Shown here: positions 52,160-64,000 of the stretch, in pieces
Numbering within the stretch: position 1 is the first letter of the stretch
How the letters are laid out: each line of letters opens with the position of its first letter
NCBI RefSeq assembly: GCF_964355755.1
Contig: NC_092670.1
Location: 18,586,795 to 18,650,794 of the forward strand
Origin: Antedon mediterranea
Taxonomy: Eukaryota; Animalia; Echinodermata
Direction of reading: 5' to 3'
DNA: 64,000 nucleotides
Notes under the pieces: model-generated
Told to the model about the DNA's origin: nothing
Databases searched by the model: none
Seen by the model: only the letters and a program-made list of their open reading frames with translations
Program-made: the position numbers and the translations under genes

Positions 52160-54481
52160 TTATTGGTATATAGCGCCACAAGATGGACAATGCCTGTTCC
52201 TCATCATTAAACAACACAGCAAACCGAGCGGGAAAAAGAAAATAGCACAACATATGCCAAGTGGGGTAAACGACTCCTGTAGAATACCGATGTGACACCG
52301 TGGACAAGTCGTACCAACGACTACCACTTGACTTGTGGTAGCGCCTTGTTGTACAGTGACGGTTTGGTGTACTGCTCCTGAGGGACCGGATGAGTAAACA
52401 GTCGTTCTGGTGTTTGGTGGTGGATAGGCTGCCATCGGCTGGTTTGCTTGTGGAGGGTATGGAGAATATCCAGCCGGTTGCGCTGGGTATCCTGTCGGCT
52501 GTGGTGGATACACTGGATCACCAGTAGCTATAAAATACAAATTCAGTTCAATTTATTTCCACAATACATAATAACATACAGGATACTAAATACAATAAAG
52601 TAATCATGGGGTGGGGGGTCATATAAGTCAGAAAGACTTTAAGTTTGACCCATCCCAACATATAACAATAAATACAAATACGAAAAAGAAAAAAAATACA
52701 TAAACTAATAATTATTAATATTAAATAAAAGAAAAACAAAGCTACAATTTGATTCATCATAAATACTATGGTACGATATGAGGGGAGCCAGCCCGTAGAC
52801 TCGCATTTCTTTCTATGAAACAGTCTTTAGAAAATGTGTCTTTCATGATCATGTTTCTTTGATCCTCCTCCTAGGAGGACGCAGCGTAAGTGCAGCGCAA
52901 GTAATGCTTGGTTTCCACTAGCGACGCAATCCACGCAACGTAAGAAAAATTTCCAATCCTTCCAATCGGTTGCCTCCGCGCGCCTGTGTGAAATCAAAGC
53001 TACGATGTTTGCAGCACAATTGTATCAAAGATTGTATAGCGCCGCTACGCGGCGCTATACAATCTTTGATTGTATCGTCGGTTCCCACTTATACAACACT
53101 TTGCTTCAATACGTCGTTGCGTTGCGTTCTAGTGGGAACAACCAAGCTTTAGTCCCTTTTATACGCCGCAGGAAAAAATGATTATTCCATGCCTATTTTT
53201 CAATTTTAACGCTCATCCCAATGACGTAATTAATTTGAATTGTATACACCCCTACCTGATCGTCAGGCCTATATTAATAATATTCATATTGAACAAAGGT
53301 TAATTCATATTGTTAAATTAATCATGTAACGATGTTTGTATTTTGGATGATGTATATTGATTTCCCTTCGGTTATTACTTCCCCTTTGGCCTATTAAAAT
53401 GCATGATCTCTATGTCGACATTAACATGAGACCTAATGTTCATATAATACACCATGGACAAAATTGATATAGTACTTGTTTTGTCCATGCATAGACTGGT
53501 ATTTATTCGATAAAGCCTGGACCCGTACTCATTTTTGTTTGGAACGAATTACAAACTTTCATAAAATAAAATAATTATTAGACTTTTATGTGGTTTCGGT
53601 CAATTAAAAATGGAATTGTTGCTTAATATGTCGATAATAACTGTAATGAACTTTTAATCTAAAAAAAAAGACACGCCAAGCAAATTTTTGAAAATAAATT
53701 CAACAGTGGACTTGAACAGAACCCATCGAAAAACCGTTTCAACTGCCGTTTCAATCCATCCCACCTGAAGTAAATTTATGTATGATTACTATCCTACTGT
53801 ATCAGAATAGCGTTTTATTCAGCACTGCTCAGGCTGGTATATTATAAACATTATTTTTATCGACTTATTATTGTATTGATTTCGACAAAGGGCTTGATTC
53901 TAATAGGCATAATGGTTATTTAATTGCTCCTTATTGCATTTTGTTATTTTAAAACTATTGTTGTTTTATTACCATTATTGAATAAATGTTATTGAACTTG
54001 AAAATAAACAGTACCGCTGCTTACAGCAAAACACGTATGATTTTTTGAACTCCGGGAATGTTTTGTTTTAACATGCTTGAATGTGATCTAATACATCACG
54101 GTACATAAAAGAATTTGGCTAAGAAGACATAAAATAGTCAAAATCCAACTACCCACTCTTTTCTTTTCTTTTTTCCCACTGGGAATTTTCGATATCATCA
54201 TCTTGTTTAATGTCTTAATAAATTTAGACACCAATTGGCACTTTTTATGCGATAATTTGCACCACCATCATGTCCAATATATTATAAGCGATTTTAAAAG
54301 CAAATCTGCCACGGGCCTCAAACCCAGTCTCTGCCTGATAAGTAATTAATCGTCCGCGCCATCTTCTCTGAAATGATGGCAATCAAGAAAGAAATTTAAT
54401 TGTCTTCTTACCGGATTTTGTCCATCCTGCTTCGGGTGGTGAGTATGGTGGCGGCTGCGTGTTTCCTGCAGGGTCTGCCAT
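52160..54481 (-). CDS. BRI3-like membrane protein, paralog 2
   Basis: Exon 1 54412-54481 (MADPAGNTQPPPYSPPEAGWTKS) plus exon 2 52160-52527 ending VVVVGTTCPRCHIGILQESFTPLGICCAIFFFPLGLLCCLMMRNRHCPSCGAIYQ*. Confidence 0.9.
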
Positions 54482-56226
54482 AACGACTGTTCAAAATATT
54501 AGCCAAAAAATGATATAAAATGACTAGGATAAAATAAGTTGGTTGATCGTCACAAGAAATTTTAGATCCAATTTTTGTATTCAATATACAGTAACTAATA
54601 ATGTTGCTACGTTATAATGTAAACTCGTGATTGGACCTTGTACCGGGTGTGCTTTCGCTGTCGAGAACAATTAAGACCGTGTCATCCATTCAGAATTTAA
54701 TAAATAACTTATTAACTTTCATCAGCCTTTTAACTGTGATCGTCCGATGACATTTAGACTACAATAGCCAACTTGTTTGATTACCGTCGAATGTTTATGT
54801 AATAGGCGGTATAGTAGGTATAGTACGTATATAGGTAAATTGCCTATTATAAATCATTCAATTCGCCCTATGAGTGGTGATGTAAACCGCACAGGCAATG
54901 TAGGCCTTACGCTTTGAGTGGTGGTGGATACTACCGGATAACATTTCATTGCTGATGATAGGCTGATTATTGTTAAAATTAATCACAATCATCATGATTC
55001 AGTGGGGTAGAGGTGTTAAGTAAATTGTTTGTTAGGAAATGTTTTCGAGAGTCATATCCTGTTCGCCAGTCGCTACCCCCTTTCCCCCTCCAAACCGTCC
55101 CTATCCATTTTCTCCTCCCATTTGAGCTCAACTTCGGTCAACAATGATCTTTATTATAAGTAATTACTAAATAACCATTTTTTTCTTTTCTTATCTGAAT
55201 ATTTTAAAGAAATCGAGTACTTGTTTGTTTGCTATCCATTAAGGTAGTAAATACTGGTTGTGTACGTTTAATAATTTTATTTTTATTAACTGTTTATAGT
55301 TCACCCAGGGAGTTGTAAAATGATTATTATTATTATTTTACAAGTCATGGTTCACCCATATATAAGTGTAAGTAAATAAATAAAAAAAATAAAGTGTGTT
55401 AAAGTTCATTGGATGACCGAACAGTTTTAAATACCGCCCTCTTTAATTTCAGAATAGTTCCTGTTCCTTGTCATGTGACCATATCGAAATAGAATGTTTT
55501 TCACATGATTGTTTATGACGAAAAATAAAATTCTCTACTGAACTGTTGTTTTCAGCATATTGTTGTGATATACTGACATTTGCTATATAATTAATATATA
55601 TCGGACACGTAATAGTGCTTTTATGTTGTACCAAACAAATAAGGTAAACATTGTCGTTAGTTTTTTTGTACTTATTTAGGTATTTCTCCCTCTTTCTTAG
55701 TTAGGCCTCCAGGCTCTAGCCTCCTACCTATGCTGCTAGGCGTAGGACTTGGCCGGTTTGGTTGTTTGGTGCTCGGAGATTAGCAGGTAGGCCCAACCTT
55801 CTTTAATAGGCCTACTAGACTAGGTAACAGTGCTAGGAGGTGGTAGGGGCTAGGTCTAGTAGCAGTATTACTTGGTATTTAGACTAAAAAGCTACTGTTT
55901 TTTATGTGGTGTAGGCCTATATGTTAGATTTTAGTTTTACTACTTGGCTAGAAGAGAACAGATGTATAATGGAGCTAAAATAAGACAGCTCAGTGCAGTG
56001 CTGTCACATTTTCTGTGGAAAGTCTATATACTTATTTTTAGGAATCTTATATGTATATTAACGATACAAAACTGTACAAACAGAACAGAGAATTATAGCA
56101 ATTAATGCTATATAATATTAAATAAATGTATCATAATTTCTATTGTTAATGTTAATATTAAAGGTAATCACTACATTCCAGAGAACCGAAAAACAACAAC
56201 TCTACTAAGCTACAATATCATAAAAC

Positions 56227-57454
56227 ATGTCAGCACCTCAACAACCTCCACCTGAAGAGAAACCCCCAGCATATAATGGCCAAGGGATGATGCCACCAAA
56301 AATGGCCAATGGTGCACCACAAGGCTATGGCATGCCACCACCTGGATATACAAGTAAGGACTGTCATTATTATGGCTATATTGTATGTTCTAACAGTACA
56401 TTGAATTTGTATTCTGTGTAATGTATTAAATTATGCTTATCACTAATTATGTAACCTGGAAATTTATCTTTATCATTTCAATTTACGTTTTAGTCCAGTA
56501 AAATTACATCTTATTATAAATTTCTTCATTTAATTATCTCTTTATATATTGTTCTGATCTTATTTTTGAGATGAAGATAATGATCTATACAAAATTTACT
56601 GTAAAGTGCTGAAATCCAAATTTATAAGAACATTTTTTTATATGGCCGCCACTTTATACTTGAGTATTTATTATTATTAAACATCAAAAGCTTTGGAAAT
56701 ATTTATCAACTATGAATCATAATGACTTGAGGCATGGAGTGAGAGAATCAATGAATTGCTAACATAGAGCAGTCTACCAGCATACTATATCTAATTATGA
56801 TATAATAAAATGACTGTACTGTATTACACATAATCAATAAAGTAATCAATGTTGAGAAATAAGGGGATTTTCAAACATTGTAAAATAGTCAGCAATAAAT
56901 ATTATGCTGTTACTGAATATGAATAAAACTTATACTCCAAATAAAAGATTAAATCAACCTTTCGATTTTTATTGGATCATCATCAGTGTATCATATTTAT
57001 TTTAATACCTACCTACCTTATAGTGTTGGTATGGTTGGTATTTGTATTTATAATGCATTTTAATTTAAATATATGTAGTATAATTTAATGCAGTGACCAT
57101 TTCTTTATTATACAGTTCTAATTTATATAATAATTAAAGCATGTAATTGGTTATAAAATAACTTTTTATTTTTATTTTCTAGGCTACCAATCAGGGGCAC
57201 CACCAGGTTATCAGCCAGCGCCACCACAACCAGGATACCCCCCTCAACAGGCATACGGCCAACCAGTCACAGTCACGCACACCACAAATGTGGTTGTTGT
57301 AGGTGGGTGCCCTGCCTGTCGAGTTGGTGTTCTCGAAGATGATTTTACCGTCCTTGGTGTGCTCTGTGCCATTTTATTTTTTCCGCTCGGAATTCTGTGC
57401 TGTTTAGCAATGAGGCAGAGGCGATGCCCAAATTGCGGAGCTGTATTTGGTTAA
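56227..57454 (+). CDS. BRI3: Brain protein I3, the most conserved copy
   Basis: Exons 56227-56353 and 57183-57454; EKPPAY...VVVVGGCPACRVGVLEDDFTVLGVLCAILFFPLGILCCLAMRQRRCPNCGAVFG*, close to the vertebrate BRI3 C-terminus. Confidence 0.95.
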
Positions 57455-60400
57455 TATTTATTATTAAGAATCATGTTTGGGGTCAGGAGATGGAGCAATT
57501 GAATCATTTGAATTACCTGGCTGGCTCAGAGGGGAAAAAACTTTAGACAAACATGTTTTGAGTCTTGGCTTTCACTCTTTAAGAGAAATTTATGATTCGA
57601 AAACTGACCATTAGGCCTAAAAAAATGTTATTGTTATATTGTCCAATATTTAAATAATTAAATGAGAGAAATATTGGATTTGTGAGTTACATTTCCACAA
57701 TTTTATCATGTATTATTTCGCTGTCTTTCCCCTCTGAGCTGGGATGGAATATTTTTTTAATTTAAAACATTTCTACTACTACGCAATGCAAGCATTTTAA
57801 CCTCTTAAGTTATTTCCTTCGTAAACATGGAATAACCAAGATTGTTTATTTAAATGATTTTTCAGGTTTTGTTTTGAAAAAGAATTTGTAATTTTAGTGA
57901 TATATTTATAAACATATACAAAGGTAATCTTGGGACTTTCTGTATATAATTAACATAATTATTATTTGCTTGATATTGTTATTTCCCATATTTGTTCATT
58001 ATTTCCCATATTTGTTCATTATTTCCCATATTTGTTCATTATTTACACAAGAATATATAGATATTATTTTAATATCTTTGAAGGTTATTGTCTATTGAAT
58101 ATACAATATAGTTTAAAATATTTATTTTTAATATTGCAATCCTTTATTACCGTATAATTTGCCGTTTTTCTGCTTATTAGAGTTTCTACTTTTTTGTGCT
58201 TATATTTCACTTTGAGTAAGCCAATTTTAAAAATAATGTTATCCAAATAAAATAATTGTTGGCTGCTCAAATAAATTGTAGGGATTCGTTATTGAACCAT
58301 GCAACTATAAATTAGGTAGGTCCATAAAGGAACAATGGTGGTTTTGTTTATTGTCCAAATTCCTGGATTTGAACCAACAATACTGTGGAATTGATATCGT
58401 ATTACAATGCAATATTACATCTAGTTTATGGTTTTTATATTCTCCGTGAACCACTGCATATTCTGTCATGGCTATACTAGACGAATTTCTTCTCAACAAC
58501 ATTCCATGCACGTAACACATTTACGTTATTTAATTAGGCACAAATATAACGTATGAAATCGAATTTATATTTCAGCCCAGTATAGTTATATTTGAATATA
58601 GTATGTTTAAAAAAATTTTTTTTATTATTCATGGAATAGATAAAATTAAACAATAATTGCTTTATACTTGTTTGTTGATAAATTACATATAGCGATAATG
58701 CTATAATAACATGTTAGGTACTATTAAAGTAGCTATATTGGTGTTATCACCGTTTTCAGTAAACTATAATAGAATAATAAATCATTTATACAGTAATTGG
58801 TTTTGTTTTCTTCTGTGTCTACTTTAAATAATATTCGCGCCGCGCGAATGTATGAGTTCAGATTGGTTGCGCACTTATGTTGCATGCTACAGGGCGATAA
58901 CGATCGACGAAATATATTACATAAAACAAGTTTTCATTCTATTACTATAGGATAACCATTTATACTGTCGTTGAGAAAAATAAGATTTTTTTAAATCAAT
59001 TGACGATTAAAAACAAAATCGTTGTATCGCCACGATGTTATTGCCCTTACTAATCATGACGTCATTTGAACGTGTGAAATGGTCATCATGGTTCCTAGTT
59101 CTATAGCATGGAGTTGGTTCTAGGAGGGAGTTGTAATTTACAAATCCCTGGTTCTAGGATGAAAACTTAGTATCTATCGTGGATCGTTATTTCTTTTGTT
59201 TTATGTTTGAAAAATGCAAATCTGTTCAATCGTATAAAAAATGAATGATGAACAAGTTTGTTTAAAAACTAAATGGTGACTGGATGGGTATTTATTTTGT
59301 GTGAATAGGCCTATGTGGACGTTTTAGCTAGTAAGTTTTTGCACTGGCGGGATTTTAGCCCTGTTACCGTATATTTTTCGAGAATATACACATTGTCTTT
59401 GGATTTAATTTTGGTAAAAGATGAGTCTCGGCGTCATTAGGTCTATAAAATGTAAATTCTTTAGAGTTGTATAATGAGATGTTGATGTAGGCCTGGTTTA
59501 ATCATGAAGGTATAAACAATCAATGTTATACCTCTAAATTAATTCACGGCAGTGGTTTTTAATCCATTTTGTGCGTTTATCCGTCTTTTATGTAGGGCCT
59601 GGGCCTAAATCAAGGACTTTAGATAACAGTTAAAGTCCTTGGTCTAATACATGTTTAAAATGTTGCCCATGTATAATAGGCCTACAGTACTAGTTACTCT
59701 GTAGTGTTAATTGAATTCACGGATTTAAAAAAAGGTCGATTCGTTAATGACCAGTTATTAACTCGTGCAAGAAGAATGCTATACCTGCACAAAATGTGCT
59801 AAATAATCAATAATCCTGATGGTACGTGAAGTCAATATAGAATAGTACTGTGGTAGGTCATAGAGATAATTAATATCTCTATGATGAATATGCAGAGTTC
59901 GGTTGATTGAGAGGAACTAGACTGCGCTTGTTGCCGTGTCATGAGTTTTTATTTATTTATTTCCATAATTGCCAGTTAAGGTAACCTTGGTAGATAATAT
60001 TGGTGAATTGAAAAAATTGACCAAATATTATTGTTAGACGATAATATCAAAATTATGAAATACAATTACGTCATTGCCTCAAAAGTGGGAGGCGGTAGAG
60101 GGCGGTAGTCAACTTTTGAGTTGGTGATAGTACTGTACTAATGATTGAGAGATTTATTAGTATCCAAACAATTATACTTGACACAATGCAGAATCTTCCC
60201 AATTAAAAACGAATGTTATTCTAACGAAATTAATTTCAAGATACCACTGGGACACCATATGCCGGTAGCGTATATACAAGAAAATTCAAATAAATAATTT
60301 CAGTTTGCTTGATATTAATTAATTTGATGCTGAATTGGATTGGGATAAGCAGAGACAAGTATATGCTTATTTTAAATCCCAACCAGAATTGTATTAAATA

Positions 60401-61892
60401 TGACAATGTTAAATATTTAATTGTTATAGGCCTACTGTTCAAAATTAAGGTAGTTTGTGCTATTTAACCGGTTTTTGTTGTTTTTTTGATTTTCTGATCG
60501 TTAACTTTGTACATTTTGATGCCTATATAGTATATTTTAATTTTATGTATTAATTATATTTGAGTTTTTTAGACATCCTGTAATTATTGGCGATTTTGCT
60601 GTTGGATGTATGTGAAATAAAATAAAGTAAAAACACTATTTTGGTTGATCATGTACTGTATTGTTGTCCTGTTGTTTGAAACCCATAAAATATGACTACG
60701 TTCCAATGGAAATAAGTTGACATACTTTTAATTGTCGACTTAATTGGTTATCTAGGTATTCTTTTACTTTTCTATTTTACTATTTTAATATCGAATAAAA
60801 TCAATCAATCAATCAATCATGGAGGTATATTTATACCTCCATGAATCAATCAATAATTATTACGATAATGAATTAATTTATTAAAATATTAACAATAAAT
60901 TATTAATAAAACTAATCATTTTCAGTCTCGTATCTAAACTTGTGCGAACATTTTTACAGGATTTCCTCTCGTAGTTTATGCTGTTTTTCAAGGAATCATT
61001 ATCTCTTTCTAATTAATCACAAAAAAACCTATAAGAAATTGAATATCTATATTCGTAATTTCCGATGAATAAGTGGCGCTATACAACAAAATACTTACTT
61101 TATATAGATCATGGAATGGCACGATTGACCTAGTCGGGCCGTGCTAATATCATATTTTTCGATATTTATAATTGCATAAAAAAATAATAGTGGAAAAAAG
61201 TTCGCGCTGGGTGTTTGTTGGGTTTCGACTGCTGATGGAAGTTAATTTTTAGCAGTTTTACTAGAAAATAATTTATTTGCGCATGGTTCATCGCCTTGAA
61301 CGTTTGGATGAAGGTATGTACATGTAATAAATTGTAATCTGGTATTATTTTAAAAGTTTAATAATGTTGTAGGTTGAATGTTGGCTAGGCCTAGGCCTAG
61401 GCCCGGTTTATTTTACTAGACTAGAGCGCGAGAGACTCAGTCCATACGTCACACACAGTACACACACCGACTGCTGTGTAGTCGTTTCCTGATGACAGAT
61501 GTTGTCCCTTGTTTTATTTATAAAGGTAGGCCTAGCATAGCCAGCCATATTAAATCAGATTTGTTTGCACAAGACCAAGTATTGACGTATTACTTATTTT
61601 AAAAGTAATTAAAAACTTTCTCATGAACATTTATGAATTTATTTAGTTAGGCAGGGCCTAGGCCTAGTAGTAGGAGGCTAGCCTACCTAGGCCTAGTGTG
61701 AATTTGAAAAAAAAAACAAATAATATTAAATATTATTATTTAAGTTTTTGTTTATTTTCTGCCTTAAAATTAAAAAGATTGTTTTTCCCCTTTTCATACT
61801 CATACCACTGTAATTTATAATATATATTCAAATTCATTAAAACATGCATGCTTTTTTACAGTATTCTCTTTTTCTACAGCCTATGTTACACC

Positions 61893-62922
61893 ATGGTAGT
61901 GTCGTACCTATGGGGAGTGGATAGTTTTGGTAAAGCCTACACTCTCTCCACAGAGAATCAGTACTGGGAGCTACGAACCAACGCATTCAAGGGACGGAAC
62001 ATTGATTTCAAGCGAATCTCAGCTGTACAACAATGTGCTTGGGGCTTAGGCTGTAACCAACATGTATATGTGTATGTACACAACACAGACGTACCAATTA
62101 GATATCAAGAATACACATATGAAAATCAGGTTAGAGGAATGCCTTAAATATTAGTTAATGTACATCTTATTGCTGTTGTGTCCCCTATCAATGTATCTAC
62201 TTTAATATATATATTTTTTAAATACAGAAAAAGAAATTGATGAGAAATATAATATTTATTTTATTCAGAGATGGAACCCAATCCATGGATTCTCACCTCG
62301 TTCTCTATTCCCAACGGATCGCAATCCATGGAGTAATGAAACTGGATCACGTACCACCGTTGAACCACAGCTATTCTGTCTTCCCTCAGAGCACTGGAGC
62401 TGGGAAGGTGACTGGTATATAGATGAGAATATAAGAGGACAACCAACAGGAAGAGGGGTAAGTTACAGTAATACATGAATAGTGAATTACTCCAGTTAAT
62501 ACAACCATGCTTAAAATATACGAACTTGGAGTTTAATCTGTAGATTATTCATTGGGATACATACAGTATGCATGATTAAATTCTACACCTACAGTAGTTG
62601 CCATTTTGTTACACACATGCAAAAATATCATCTTTCTTAATCATTGTAATTGTTTGTACTGTGGAATAGCTTTGCGTCAGGCAAGTAGTATACTCAATGT
62701 ACTTAGTATAAAGTACAAATTACGTCAGAGCAGGGCAAAACATTTGACCAATTTCTTAATCTTTATATTTCTATCTCATTTCTATTTTATAAGGGATGGC
62801 AATATGCTGTTAACTTCAATGCCAATGATCGCTACACCGCTGACAAGAAATGGAACTCTTGCGTTAGGCGGAGAAAATGGATACGTTATCGGCGGTACAC
62901 TGCAATGGACGTTTGGGCGAAG
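61893..62922 (+). CDS. TECPR1: Tectonin beta-propeller repeat-containing protein 1, first three coding exons (continues beyond the window)
   Basis: Exons 61893-62129, 62269-62457, 62794-62922; LWGVDSFGKAYTLST, FKRISAVQQCAWGLGC..VYVYV..DVPIRYQE.TYENQRWNP..GF, dysferlin-domain motifs WEGDWYIDEN, GWQYA.NF, KKWNSCVRRRKWIRYRR. Probable non-coding first exon ends near 61313. Confidence 0.95.
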
Positions 62923-64000
62923 GTTAGATTCAGACAACATACAGGCTACTTAAATTAATATGTAAAAAGTATTATAGACAGTTAAAACAAGGCAATTTAA
63001 CAACAGGCCACTGAGCTTGCCTTGCTAAGATAGAAATTTGTAACAGTCCTTTGATCTTAGGTCTGGCTGCAACAAATACCAACAGTACTGTACTGTGTAC
63101 ATATTCTCTGTGGCGCGCAGTGTCTATTAAGAGGCGTGGAAGCAACAAATAAACCCTTTGATCTCCAGAGCTCAGCATCCTGTTGTTAGATTGCCATGTT
63201 TAAAACCACTATACAATATTGCATTTATATTCAATAGGGAAATCTAACAATATTAATGAAGACTAGTTGGGTGAAAGGTTCATAAAATCAATATGGTCCT
63301 TTTATTAAATTTTATGAGCCACACTTAGAATAAGAACAGTCAGCATTATGAACTAAATCATTCATGATTCAAAGGCAAATTGTTTAAACAAATGTTTACT
63401 TTTTATTTTACCAATATTGATCATCTTAACCTTTCCAAAATTTTTGAAAAAAGAAAGAAATTATTTTAACATACCAATTCGTTTTTCTTTATTGTGTTTT
63501 TTTCTCTTGATGTTTTTTTATTTTTGATCTCTCAAGACTTCTATAATCATTGTTTTCTTCTATTTAGTCTACTTATTGATTATTGATTATTGATTGTTGA
63601 TTCAGCACATAGGGTGTTGGATATTAATTTTTGCCCAATTCTACACATATACAATTATATTTCTATTCAGTCTAAGTTGTGTTCTTTACAGCACTAAAAC
63701 AGAAGAATTTTCTCTTAATGGATTTTATTATTAATGACCTTAACCTATCTGAAATTGGATGCAATAATAATAGTTCATAATTAGCTAATAAAGCGAGGAA
63801 AGATAAAATTATAAAATAATCATGATCTTATTTGATCATATTTTGAATTATATTTACAATATTACTGAACGAATATACCCTTTTTTCTGTTTTATTGTTA
63901 TTCAAGCTCAGATTTATAGGTCTCCTCAGGATTTTGTAGTTGCAGGCACAAACACTCTTAAAAAACTTGGCAATAAAAATATAAAAAATGTTAACATACA

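Overview
AT-rich, intron-rich animal genomic DNA (GT-AG introns, SINEs, many MITEs); an invertebrate deuterostome such as an echinoderm is my inference, not something the sequence proves. Most entries in the six-frame ORF track are exon fragments or noise, so genes were assembled by hand. Gene order: last exon of a GRB2-like SH3 adaptor (+), EIF3L (+), two tandem intron-rich FLYWCH + MULE-transposase-derived genes (+), THUMPD1 (+), two tandem MSRB1/SelR paralogs (-), UBFD1 (+), ARMH2-like (-), three BRI3 paralogs (-,-,+), and the 5' end of TECPR1 (+). Main findings: (1) one MSRB1 copy is a true selenoprotein (in-frame TGA plus SECIS), while its tandem twin has Sec->Gln and a rewired active site yet keeps an apparently intact SECIS; (2) the two domesticated Mutator transposase genes differ in their DDE triad; (3) about nine 20-45 bp hairpins with CA..TG ends and 7-bp target duplications look like P/Galileo excision footprints; (4) three tandem duplications multiply real splice sites; (5) TAGGCCTA clusters just inside gene 5' ends; (6) BRI3 sits next to TECPR1 as in human. 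Exon coordinates were read by eye and may be off by a few bases.
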